Position numbers and translations under genes: made by a program
Part shown: in pieces, positions 48,534 to 57,856 of the stretch
How positions within the stretch are numbered: position 1 is the first letter of the stretch
Layout: each line of letters starts with the position of its first letter
From: an uncultured Ignavibacteriota bacterium
GTDB lineage: Bacteria; Bacteroidota; Ignavibacteria; Palsa-1295
Length of the DNA: 64,000 bases
Direction: 5' to 3'
Assembly: GCA_903900335.1 (NCBI GenBank)
Contig: CAIUMP010000044.1
Span: forward strand, 98,686-162,685
The notes under the pieces: generated by a model
Database searches by the model: none
Seen by the model: the letters and a program-made list of their open reading frames with translations, nothing else
What the model was told of the DNA's origin: nothing

Positions 48534-49352
48534 CTAATACCTCAGTTTCAAGCTCTTTGTCGTCTTATAGACATCACTGCCTCGATGCGTTTCGGTTGTG
48601 GCCTCATACCCAGCGATCATTCCAGTCGCTTCCTCGAAGGAGTAATAGCCCTTAGTTGTCTCTGAGAAGTCTTTCCCGTCTGGCTTACCATTGCGGGCCA
48701 TGTCGTAGTTCAAGCTCCAAATGATCTTAGGATCAGCATCGGTGCCAGCGGACACTACGTAGTTCGCGATCGTCTGCATTTGTTGGGTCTGCGGAGCGCC
48801 GGGTCTAGAGTTCTTTGCTGCGCTTACCGGGCGACCCTGCACAGGAATCGTATCGTGCCAGGAGTAGCCGTCATAGAATGATTCACGCTGTGGGAAGCGA
48901 TAAAGAGTTTGTCGTAACGTGCGTTCAAGGATTTGCTCTTGATTAAGCTTCTGAACACTCGCGTCATAGCTGGTGTCATCTCGGATAATTTTACCGGAGA
49001 TCATCGCGCCCGTTGGATCAACGGTTATCTCACACTCGGGCACCAAAATTACGTGAGCCGGGGACCAATCTCCTTGCTTCTTGAACGTCGAAAGAATATT
49101 CGAGGCCTTTAACGCGAGTACGAAATTCCCCTGCTTTTCAATGCGTGTTACCGTGACCACAACATCCGCATCGAACGTCTGCTCCATGCCAGAGTTCGGT
49201 GTTCCGGCCTTTGCCTCGGACTTGTACGAAAAATGGTATGCATAACTTTTACCCTGCGGAAGATGATAGCTCCACTTCGGCGATGGCTTTGCTGGGAAGA
49301 GCAACAGTAGTGAAAGCAGTGTGGGAAGAAGGGAAACGCAAAGGCTTATCAT
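48534..49352 (-). CDS. Secreted hypothetical beta-rich protein
   Basis: Hydrophobic signal peptide from ATG 49352; Y.L..GKSY.Y start, G.SW.DT, GYYSFEEATGMI. Confidence 0.6.
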   Translation of the reverse strand: MISLCVSLLPTLLSLLLLFPAKPSPKWSYHLPQGKSYAYHFSYKSEAKAGTPNSGMEQTFDADVVVTVTRIEKQGNFVLALKASNILSTFKKQGDWSPAHVILVPECEITVDPTGAMISGKIIRDDTSYDASVQKLNQEQILERTLRQTLYRFPQRESFYDGYSWHDTIPVQGRPVSAAKNSRPGAPQTQQMQTIANYVVSAGTDADPKIIWSLNYDMARNGKPDGKDFSETTKGYYSFEEATGMIAGYEATTETHRGSDVYKTTKSLKLRY

Positions 49353-49616
49353 GGGAATTATGACGTTGGATGTAGGCGCCGTACAGTCACGATCGCCAAC
49401 AATTATCTTGCCTAAACCACAACGGTATGTTCTGAGCAACAAGCGGACATGAATATTGTTCCAGACCTTGAGTGGAGGCGGGAGGGCAGGTGCGGTACAG
49501 ATTTTTCATGCGACCCGATTTTTCGTGTTATATTCGTAGTGACGATTTGATACAGGTGGTCTATTCCCTTCAAAAACAGTGATTCTCGAAGTTTTTGAGA
49601 AAATATTGTCAAAGCA

Positions 49617-49648
49617 CTTGCATCTCGAAGATTTATTGCTTAATTTTG
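49617..49648 (+). promoter_or_regulatory. Bacteroidota-type promoter (-33/-7)
   Basis: TAATTTTG (TAnnTTTG) at 49641-49648 with cTTG 20 nt upstream, in an AT-rich tract. Confidence 0.45.
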
Positions 49649-49651
49649 AAG

Positions 49652-49920
49652 GAATCGAAACCAACCCGTTTTGAGCGGCTGTTATGCCAAGCGAATTGAT
49701 GAACGCAGGTTCACATTCGCATAGGATTGAAAACTGATTTTAGCCTGATGCCGATTGTAGTACCGAACGGTTCTATTGCGGCGAGAAGCTACCTGAGTTG
49801 CCCCACTGACCATGGGGCATATTGAACGAGAGGGGCGCTTCGGAGGTCTCGCGATGTTTCACAAAAAGGGAGGACCAATTTCTCTTGCCACATCCGACGA
49901 CGCCGAAGCGCTTTTTTTTG
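49652..49920 (+). ncRNA. Candidate structured ncRNA or leader
   Basis: Five consecutive hairpins between the promoter and a T8 tract; no convincing ORF. Confidence 0.4.
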
Positions 49921-50081
49921 CCCTGACCGAATTTTGGCTGTATTCGAATCCAACACTATCAACTCCTTTCGCAAACACCGTACTATCACCGAACTAACCG
50001 CCCCCCAGTCCAGTTATACGGCCCGCTTACCTGATTTCCCGACACACGCGTCAGGGCCAAGCTAGTTTGATGGATAGTAAT

Positions 50082-50156
<75 letters not shown>

Positions 50157-50164
50157 ATACGTAG

Positions 50165-50227
50165 GAGTAACGGGTAATGAGTACCGAGTAACGAGCGCGT
50201 TACCGTTCTTCATTACCCGTTACCCGT
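50165..50227. repeat. Inverted heptamer repeats downstream of the tRNA
   Basis: GTAACGGGTAATGA (50167-50180) is the perfect reverse complement of TCATTACCCGTTAC (50210-50223); built from GRGTAAY units. Confidence 0.75.
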
Positions 50228-50273
50228 TTATACCAGCCAACTTCGTTTCTGATCACTCGTAATCCTCCCGCGA

Positions 50274-53171
50274 ATGAACCACCTGCTTACGAACTCTGAG
50301 CAATTCCAGAACCGCCACAATGGTCCAGATGAAGCGGACCAATTGCTGATGCTTAAGGCACTCGGCGTACAGTCGCTTGATGACCTCGTTGCCGAGACAG
50401 TGCCCCGCTCCATACGGTTGAAGGAGCCGATGCTGATGAAGCCTGCGATGTCAGAGTCGGAGTTCCTCGATCATGCGGCCGCACTTGCTTCGAAGAACAA
50501 GCTCTTCAAGTCCTACATCGGTATGGGCTACTACGATACGGTGACGCCGCCGGTCATCCTTCGCAACGTGCTGGAGAACCCGGGTTGGTACACTCAGTAC
50601 ACGCCGTATCAAGCGGAGATCTCCCAGGGTCGGCTTGAATCGCTTTTGAACTTTCAAACGGTAATTGTTGACCTGACGGGTTTAGAGATCGCGAATGCAT
50701 CCCTTCTCGACGAAGGCACTGCGGCAGCCGAGGCGATGCACCTAATGCACGCGGTTCACAGGAAGGCGAACAAAGCGGCTCGCACGCTCTTTGTTGACGA
50801 GAATATCTTTCCGCAAACGCTCGATGTGCTTCGCACACGCGCAGCAGTGCTCAACATCCATGTGATGGTTGGTGACCACCGCACTATGGAATGGAATGAT
50901 GACATCTTCGGGGCCGTGGTTCAGTATCCGGCGGGCGATGGAGAAATTTACGATTACAAGAATTTCTGCGAAGCGGCGCACAGTTGCGGCGCATTAGTAA
51001 CTGTTGCGTGCGATCTCATGAGTTTGCTTCTACTGACACCTCCCGGTGAGTTTGGAGCGGATGTGGCGGTCGGATCAGCACAGCGGTTTGGCGTGCCGCT
51101 TGGATATGGTGGACCACATGCTGCCTTCTTTGCAACACGCGACGAGTTCAAACGCTCGATGCCTGGCCGCATCATCGGTCTTTCCATTGATAGCCACGGA
51201 AACCCTGCCTATCGGATGGCACTGCAAACACGCGAGCAGCACATACGCCGCGACAAAGCGACAAGCAACATCTGCACGGCGCAGGCACTGCTTGCGAACA
51301 TCACCGCGATGTTCGCCGTCTATCACGGGCCACGCGGGCTCCGTGCGATCGCCGAACGTATTCATGCAATGACCTGCCTGCTGGCGGAAGGCCTTAAGGA
51401 CATCGGCTTTGCAACGCAGAACGAGCGTTACTTCGACACGTTGAAGGTGGAAGTAAGCAGCATCGCGATGCTGGAAGGTATCCGACGTGAAGCACTGGCC
51501 GCGAATATCAATTTCCGATACTTCGATGAACGAGCTGTTGGCATCTCGCTCGACGAGACAACAACGATCCACCATGTCACCGCGATTCTCAATGTCTTCC
51601 ACCGTGCGAACTCAAGCAAGGCCGTCGAGAGCTATATTCCTCTTCTTGAAAAGAAGATCACAACAGAGTTCGACGCGCCATTTGCACGGCACTCATCCTA
51701 TCTAACACATCCCGTATTCAACAAGCACCACTCCGAGACAGAGATGCTTCGCTATCTGAAGTTCTTGGAGAACAAGGATTTCTCGCTTGCACACGGCATG
51801 ATCCCGCTCGGCTCCTGCACGATGAAGCTCAACGCAACGGCGGAGATGATCCCGATCACGATGCCGAACTTCGGGAAGTTGCATCCCTTTGTACCGCTCG
51901 ATCAGGCCGAGGGCTATTTGGAGATGTTCGCAGAGTTAGAGGGAATGCTCAAGACGGTCACGGGCTTCCACGCGATCTCGCTTCAACCAAATGCGGGTGC
52001 GCAAGGAGAGTACGCTGGACTGCTTGTCATTCGCGAGTATCATAAGAATCGCGGCGAGAACCATCGCGATGTCGTGCTTATTCCGGCCTCTGCTCATGGC
52101 ACAAACCCGGCAAGCGCAGTGATGGCAGGCATGAAGGTCGTCGTCGTGAAGACGGATGAGAAGGGCAATGTGGATATGGCAGATCTTCACGCCAAAGTTG
52201 AAGAGTATAAGGCTTCGCTCGGCGCGTTCATGGTGACCTACCCTTCCACTCACGGTGTGTTCGAGGAGAGCATCAAAGATATTTGCAAACTCATTCACGA
52301 GGCGGGTGGGCAAGTCTATATGGACGGTGCGAACATGAATGCGCAGGTTGGCCTCACGAGTCCGGCCTCCATCGGTGCTGACGTGTGCCACCTCAATTTG
52401 CACAAGACATTCTGCATTCCGCATGGCGGCGGCGGCCCTGGAATGGGACCGATCGGTGTTGCACAGCATCTCGCGCCATTTCTTCCGGGACATACTGTCA
52501 TCCGCACCGGGGGCGATCGCGCTATAGGCGCCGTTAGCGCAGCACCCTGGGGAAGCGCGAGTATTCTGCTCATCTCCTATGCGTACATTGCTATGATGGG
52601 CGCAGAGGGTTTGACGCTCGCAACGAAGATCGCAATACTCAATGCCAATTACATCGCTGCGGCACTGGAGGAATATTATCCTACTCTTTATCGTGGTACG
52701 CATGGTAGGGTCGCTCATGAGATGATCCTCGACATGCGCGGCTTCAAGACGCTGGGCGTTGAAGTCGAAGACATTGCGAAGCGCCTGATGGATTACGGCT
52801 TCCACGCGCCGACGCTTTCCTTCCCTGTCGCGGGCACGCTGATGGTTGAGCCAACCGAGAGCGAGCCAAAGGAAGAACTTGACCGCTTCATTGACGCGAT
52901 GATTGCAATTCGTCAGGAGATCGAGGAGATCGCCTCCGGCGCGACGGACGCGAAGGATAACGTCCTGAAGAATGCGCCGCACACTGCGGAGTCGGTCATC
53001 GCGGATAACTGGGCGCATCCATACTCACGAGAAAAGGCGGCATACCCCGTTCGCTCATTGCGCACCAACAAATTCTGGCCGAGCATTGGCCGCGTCAACA
53101 ACGCCGTTGGAGACCGCACGCTCATCTGCACCTGTCCGCCAATGGAGGCGTATGAGCATCACGCGGTTTAA
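50274..53171 (+). CDS. gcvP: Glycine dehydrogenase (decarboxylating), glycine cleavage P protein
   Basis: [67 protein letters not shown]. Confidence 0.98.
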   Translation: MNHLLTNSEQFQNRHNGPDEADQLLMLKALGVQSLDDLVAETVPRSIRLKEPMLMKPAMSESEFLDHAAALASKNKLFKSYIGMGYYDTVTPPVILRNVLENPGWYTQYTPYQAEISQGRLESLLNFQTVIVDLTGLEIANASLLDEGTAAAEAMHLMHAVHRKANKAARTLFVDENIFPQTLDVLRTRAAVLNIHVMVGDHRTMEWNDDIFGAVVQYPAGDGEIYDYKNFCEAAHSCGALVTVACDLMSLLLLTPPGEFGADVAVGSAQRFGVPLGYGGPHAAFFATRDEFKRSMPGRIIGLSIDSHGNPAYRMALQTREQHIRRDKATSNICTAQALLANITAMFAVYHGPRGLRAIAERIHAMTCLLAEGLKDIGFATQNERYFDTLKVEVSSIAMLEGIRREALAANINFRYFDERAVGISLDETTTIHHVTAILNVFHRANSSKAVESYIPLLEKKITTEFDAPFARHSSYLTHPVFNKHHSETEMLRYLKFLENKDFSLAHGMIPLGSCTMKLNATAEMIPITMPNFGKLHPFVPLDQAEGYLEMFAELEGMLKTVTGFHAISLQPNAGAQGEYAGLLVIREYHKNRGENHRDVVLIPASAHGTNPASAVMAGMKVVVVKTDEKGNVDMADLHAKVEEYKASLGAFMVTYPSTHGVFEESIKDICKLIHEAGGQVYMDGANMNAQVGLTSPASIGADVCHLNLHKTFCIPHGGGGPGMGPIGVAQHLAPFLPGHTVIRTGGDRAIGAVSAAPWGSASILLISYAYIAMMGAEGLTLATKIAILNANYIAAALEEYYPTLYRGTHGRVAHEMILDMRGFKTLGVEVEDIAKRLMDYGFHAPTLSFPVAGTLMVEPTESEPKEELDRFIDAMIAIRQEIEEIASGATDAKDNVLKNAPHTAESVIADNWAHPYSREKAAYPVRSLRTNKFWPSIGRVNNAVGDRTLICTCPPMEAYEHHAV

Positions 53172-53431
53172 TCGCAGCGCAATTGACAGCACCTTAGTCG
53201 CGGCCCGCTTGTAGCAACGACAAAATGGTTTAATGTCCTCAAGCTCCTTAGGCGTGGCCCGTTCACCAATCAACGGACCGCGCCTACCACGCAGTCATTC
53301 TCACCTCCTCAGACTGCTCGTCGCATACCCACAAGAATTACCCCACCACCCCGGAACGAGACTGCCGCGCGTTTTGCTGTTCTGGCATGGTGAAACGGGC
53401 TTCGCGCAGGGGTTCTGTCAGGCTCTCGTGG

Positions 53432-55504
53432 ATGCGCGGGAGAGTTACTGTTTTTGTGGCGGTGGTTGGGATGATGGTGGCGGGTGCGGAGAGGAGTGAG
53501 GCGCAGTGGGTCAAGCTGACTGGACAAGGCGGATTTGAAGTGACTTCCTTCGCAGGGAGCGGCTCAATGTTCTTTGCTGGGACCTATGGAGGAGGCGTTG
53601 TTCGTAGCACCGACAGTGGGGCAAGTTGGAAGTCTGTAAATAGCGGATTGGCTAACAGGCTGGTTCTGTCTCTTTTGGGAAACGGGAATAACCTCTATGC
53701 CGGGACTGACAGCGGGCTTTATCTTTCAACAGACAACGCATCCTCTTGGCATCCTATTAATTTTGGCCTGCAGTACCTTCACATTGAGGCTCTTGCATTA
53801 CGGGGCACAACTCTATTTCTTGGAACATATGGTGGAGTCTTTCTCTCATCCGACAGTGGTACAAGTTGGACTCCGGCGAACAACGGTCTCACAAACCAAG
53901 CTGTTCGAACCCTCGCAGTAAGTGGTAACAATTTATTCGCGGGTACTACTGGTAGCGGAAATGGTGGCGTCTTTCTATCCACTAACAATGGCGCTTCGTG
54001 GACACGTGTAAACACTGGGTTAACGAATACTTTTGTCAACACGCTCGTTGCAAGCGGCTCTACAGTTTTCGCTGGGACTGAGGGCGATGGTGTGTTTCGG
54101 TCCACCGATAATGGAACCAGTTGGAAGATGGTCAGCTCTTCACTTAGAGGTGATCTCATCTATACCATGGCAGCGCGCGGCACAGAGGTATTCGTAGGTT
54201 GCGATTATGGGATTTATCGGACTACAAATAATGGTGCGACATGGCAGGATGTTAATAATGCTCTTGGTATGCCATACGTCTTCGCGTTGGCTACATTTGG
54301 CACAAACCTCTATGCTGGCGTTCTCGGAGGAATCGTTCGCTCGTTGGACACATGCAAGACTTGGTCTGAAGTCACTCCTCCTCTCCCTGAATACACATTT
54401 GGTCGCGCACTTGCCGTGAGTGGAGGCACTCTAATTGCCGGCACAACCCGTGGCCTGTTTCGTACCACAGACGATGGACAGAGTTGGAATACTGAAGCAC
54501 AAGACTTAGCGGTATCGGACGTCAATACGCTCCTCTTTAGAGGCAAGAATTTGTTGGCTGGCACTGCAAACGGCATATTGTTATCACCTGACGACGGCAT
54601 GCATTGGTTCTCTTTGGATACGAGTTTCCATGCGTCTGTCCAGACTCTTGTCATGGGTAACTCAAATTTGATAGCCGGAGCCAAAGAAGGCATTTATCTA
54701 TCCAGCAATGACGGTAAAAACTGGAAGCTGGCCAAAACGGGGGTTTTCAATGCAAGTGTTACTGCATTGGCCGTCAACGGTAGTATTATTTACGCAGGGA
54801 CTACCCGCAACGTCGTATATCGCTCCACTGATGATGGTGATACTTGGGAAGCTATCCACACTTTCACTGAGTTAAATGGGCTTACTGCCTATTCTCTCTG
54901 TCTTTACGGCACAAAGCTTTATCTCGGGACGAACGGGGGTGTTTTTCGAACGGACGATAGCGGCACAACTTGGAATCCGGTCAACACTGGTATGGCGGGA
55001 AATCATATCCTAACATTTTTGCCCAGCGGCAAGAAATTGTTTGCTGGTGGGTACGTCGGTGTCTCACTTTCAATAGACAGCGGTTCAAACTGGACACCCG
55101 TTAATAATGGCTTGCCTTACACGGCTGTGTATGCCCTCGCTGCAGCGGGCGCTTACTTCTTTGCAGGAACCGATACTGGCATCTGGCGTCGTCCCCTCTC
55201 CGAAATGATCCCCACCAACGCCGTCGCACCCGCACGGCCTGTTGCGCGGAGCATCGCCGCCTATCCCAACCCCTTCACATCATCCGCGACGATCAGCTTC
55301 ACAGCCACCGAGAGCGGCGCGGCGCAGGTGCGGGTGGTGAATATGCTTGGGGAGGAAGTTGCGCGGTTGTTCGAGGGGGAGATTGCGGTGGGGGAGAGGC
55401 AACTCACATGGAATGCCAAGCTCATGCCACCGGGAATCTACTGGAGCGAGGTGTGGACAAATGGGCAAGCGCCGGAGAGGGTTGCATTGAGATTGGAGCG
55501 GTAG
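53432..55504 (+). CDS. Secreted BNR/Ycf48-like beta-propeller protein with T9SS C-terminal sorting domain
   Basis: Signal peptide ..SEA|QW; many AGT.GGVF.STD.G.SW repeats; AYPNPF...ATISF...VVNMLGEEV..L...PGIY CTD. Confidence 0.85.
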   Translation: MRGRVTVFVAVVGMMVAGAERSEAQWVKLTGQGGFEVTSFAGSGSMFFAGTYGGGVVRSTDSGASWKSVNSGLANRLVLSLLGNGNNLYAGTDSGLYLSTDNASSWHPINFGLQYLHIEALALRGTTLFLGTYGGVFLSSDSGTSWTPANNGLTNQAVRTLAVSGNNLFAGTTGSGNGGVFLSTNNGASWTRVNTGLTNTFVNTLVASGSTVFAGTEGDGVFRSTDNGTSWKMVSSSLRGDLIYTMAARGTEVFVGCDYGIYRTTNNGATWQDVNNALGMPYVFALATFGTNLYAGVLGGIVRSLDTCKTWSEVTPPLPEYTFGRALAVSGGTLIAGTTRGLFRTTDDGQSWNTEAQDLAVSDVNTLLFRGKNLLAGTANGILLSPDDGMHWFSLDTSFHASVQTLVMGNSNLIAGAKEGIYLSSNDGKNWKLAKTGVFNASVTALAVNGSIIYAGTTRNVVYRSTDDGDTWEAIHTFTELNGLTAYSLCLYGTKLYLGTNGGVFRTDDSGTTWNPVNTGMAGNHILTFLPSGKKLFAGGYVGVSLSIDSGSNWTPVNNGLPYTAVYALAAAGAYFFAGTDTGIWRRPLSEMIPTNAVAPARPVARSIAAYPNPFTSSATISFTATESGAAQVRVVNMLGEEVARLFEGEIAVGERQLTWNAKLMPPGIYWSEVWTNGQAPERVALRLER

Positions 55505-55965
55505 GTTCCTCGCATTAACACCGCAACTACTGCGCTACAGAAAGTGCTCTCCCTAAGAAGCGGTAAGGATGCTTAACTCAACCGAACATTCTTGTTTACT
55601 ACAACCAAAATGCAACTGGCACTTGCATGCATTAGGAGTGAAAAACGCGGTTGGCGCGTGACTTGCAATCGGAACCAGTACCTGGGATAATCTTAGCCGA
55701 CAGAATATTTCATCCCACATCAACCGCATCAACTCCGGCGCGTGAGTGCATGATCGTTATGGCATTCCGATCACAGGTTGCCACTCTCACAGAGTCACAG
55801 ATACGATGAAGCACGCGAAAAGCTGAAGCTCTACGGTGGCAAGAATTCGGGGAGTATTCTTTGCCAGAACTTTCACTGTGGGATGCATCTCGGTGCAGAC
55901 ACAGCGGGGAGTTCTTTGCCTTCCCTCATTGCAGACAGTTACTTCACCTTATTTGAATTACTCTC

Positions 55966-57723
55966 ATGCACACACTCAACAATTCCACTTCAGGCCACAT
56001 CACGCCGATGAGTCATCATCTGCATCGTGGAATGGCCATCATGCTCGGTACTTTACTGAGCATTCTCATTCATAGCGGTTCAGCTCTTGCACAACTGCCG
56101 CGGACGATCTCCTATCAGGGCACTCTGAAGCAAGGTCAAAACGCCATGACCGGCACCGTTGACCTGCGAGTGAATTATTACTTGTCCGGTTCGACTACCG
56201 CTGTATACGACGAGACATTCAGCAGTGTGCCGGTGGTAAATGGTGTGTTCTCGATCGAACTCGGATCGGTGATGGGTTCGCTGCCAGCGGCAGTGGATCT
56301 GAGCCGAGCGGTTGAGATCGGCGTGCAAGTCAACGGAAGTGCGGAGCTAACACCACATGCAAAGTTGATGGCAGCACCATATGCATTCACCGCGTACTCG
56401 CTGAATGGCGTACGGGGCAGTCTCGTGCCAGTCAATAATACCATCTTCCCTATTCCGTTGGATGCAAATGGAAAGATCGCAGCATCGATACTACCTCCGA
56501 ACCCGATCTCTGGAATACTCGCGGGTCCTGGCCTCATGGGCGGCGGCGTGGCGGGGATGCTCACGATGGGAATTGCCGATGGTGGTATTACCGGGAACAT
56601 GATTCGAGCCGGGACCATCACAGGAAGCATGATCACTGGTCTGGCTGGCACAGCGCTGAATCAGGATGGAAGTGGCTTACTCCATCTTTCGTATGACCCG
56701 GCGAAGTTTGCCATCACGAACAACAAGCTCATGCTTCGCACCGATGTTCCAGTCGTCGGCTCGGAGGCTGCATTCAGTGGCCGGGTTGCTCTTGGTTCTT
56801 CGCCGGATGCGACGGACAACTATTTCGGCACAGCCGACAATGCCAACTACGTCGTGAACTTCATCGGTAGCGCGGGCTACGGTAGTGTGACGATATTCAA
56901 TGGTCAGCTCTACATGGGTGGTCCGCTCGACGCTGGCGGTAACGTGATAAGTGATCTGGCATTTCCAAACTCCCCGACGGATGCAGCGACGAAGGACTAC
57001 GTCGATCAGCGCATTGGGGTCACAGCGCCACTCGGACATGATCTGACGGGGACAATAGGAACTGCAACGCTCGACCCAACAAATCCAGGCATCGGCGACA
57101 GACTGATCCAGGGTATCAATGCAAGCGTTGGCGAGACGGTCATCAGCGGATTGCATGTGGGACGCGTAGCCTGGGCTGACAACGCAGACTTCGCAGGGTC
57201 ATTCCTCGGCCAGCTCGCCGGTGATGTCACCGGACAACAGGCCACGACCGTGGTTGGAGCGATACAGGGAATCGCAGTGAACCCGCAACTTCCACTTGAT
57301 AACCAGGTGCTCGCATTCGAAGGAGAGATGAATCGCTGGACTCCACGAGCACTTCCGCCAGCGGTGACGGCTATCAGCGCGGGCCCTGGAATAACTGTCA
57401 CGGGAGACGATCCGGCACGGCCCATGGTCGAAGTTACTCCTCCGTCTACGATGGGGACATCTGGAAAGGTGTCTCTCTATAACTCTGGTAGCGGATACGC
57501 GGAGGTGGTAGGCGCAACGATCAATAACTCCAACGTGACCTCGAACAGCATCATCATGTGCACCGTCGAAGTGGATGCGCATAGCAATACGGCCGACGAG
57601 TACGTGGTCTATCTTTCCGGTATCACCAATGGCTCCTTTAGGATCAATCTCCATCAGGCGAACGGATTCCTGGGGTTAGGCGTAAACGAGGGAGCGACGG
57701 TGCACTACGTCATCTTCAACTGA
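55966..57723 (+). CDS. Secreted fibre/adhesin-like protein (tail-fibre-like motifs); start possibly 56008 or later
   Basis: ALA|QLPRTISYQGTL, NGVFSI.LG, APYA; AG.GL.GG, DAATKDYVD, L.GDVTG, VTAISAG.GITV motifs. Confidence 0.7.
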   Translation: MHTLNNSTSGHITPMSHHLHRGMAIMLGTLLSILIHSGSALAQLPRTISYQGTLKQGQNAMTGTVDLRVNYYLSGSTTAVYDETFSSVPVVNGVFSIELGSVMGSLPAAVDLSRAVEIGVQVNGSAELTPHAKLMAAPYAFTAYSLNGVRGSLVPVNNTIFPIPLDANGKIAASILPPNPISGILAGPGLMGGGVAGMLTMGIADGGITGNMIRAGTITGSMITGLAGTALNQDGSGLLHLSYDPAKFAITNNKLMLRTDVPVVGSEAAFSGRVALGSSPDATDNYFGTADNANYVVNFIGSAGYGSVTIFNGQLYMGGPLDAGGNVISDLAFPNSPTDAATKDYVDQRIGVTAPLGHDLTGTIGTATLDPTNPGIGDRLIQGINASVGETVISGLHVGRVAWADNADFAGSFLGQLAGDVTGQQATTVVGAIQGIAVNPQLPLDNQVLAFEGEMNRWTPRALPPAVTAISAGPGITVTGDDPARPMVEVTPPSTMGTSGKVSLYNSGSGYAEVVGATINNSNVTSNSIIMCTVEVDAHSNTADEYVVYLSGITNGSFRINLHQANGFLGLGVNEGATVHYVIFN

Positions 57724-57790
57724 CACCATCGCCTTCTCCGAAGCAGGCACAATAGAATATTTTACACTAGCGCAAGAGAGAGTTCAACGC

Positions 57791-57830
57791 AATCGGGCCT
57801 CAAGATGCAATACACATCTTGGGGCCGATT
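57791..57830. terminator. Hairpin between convergent genes
   Basis: AATCGGGCCTCAAGATG-CAATACA-CATCTTGGGGCCGATT. Confidence 0.65.
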
Positions 57831-57856
57831 GACTTTGGGAAGATCAAGATCTGCGC

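Noticed and set aside
49440-49650. Replication origin in the AT-rich intergenic tract
   Set aside because: No clustered DnaA boxes (TTATCCACA) seen; better explained as promoter DNA
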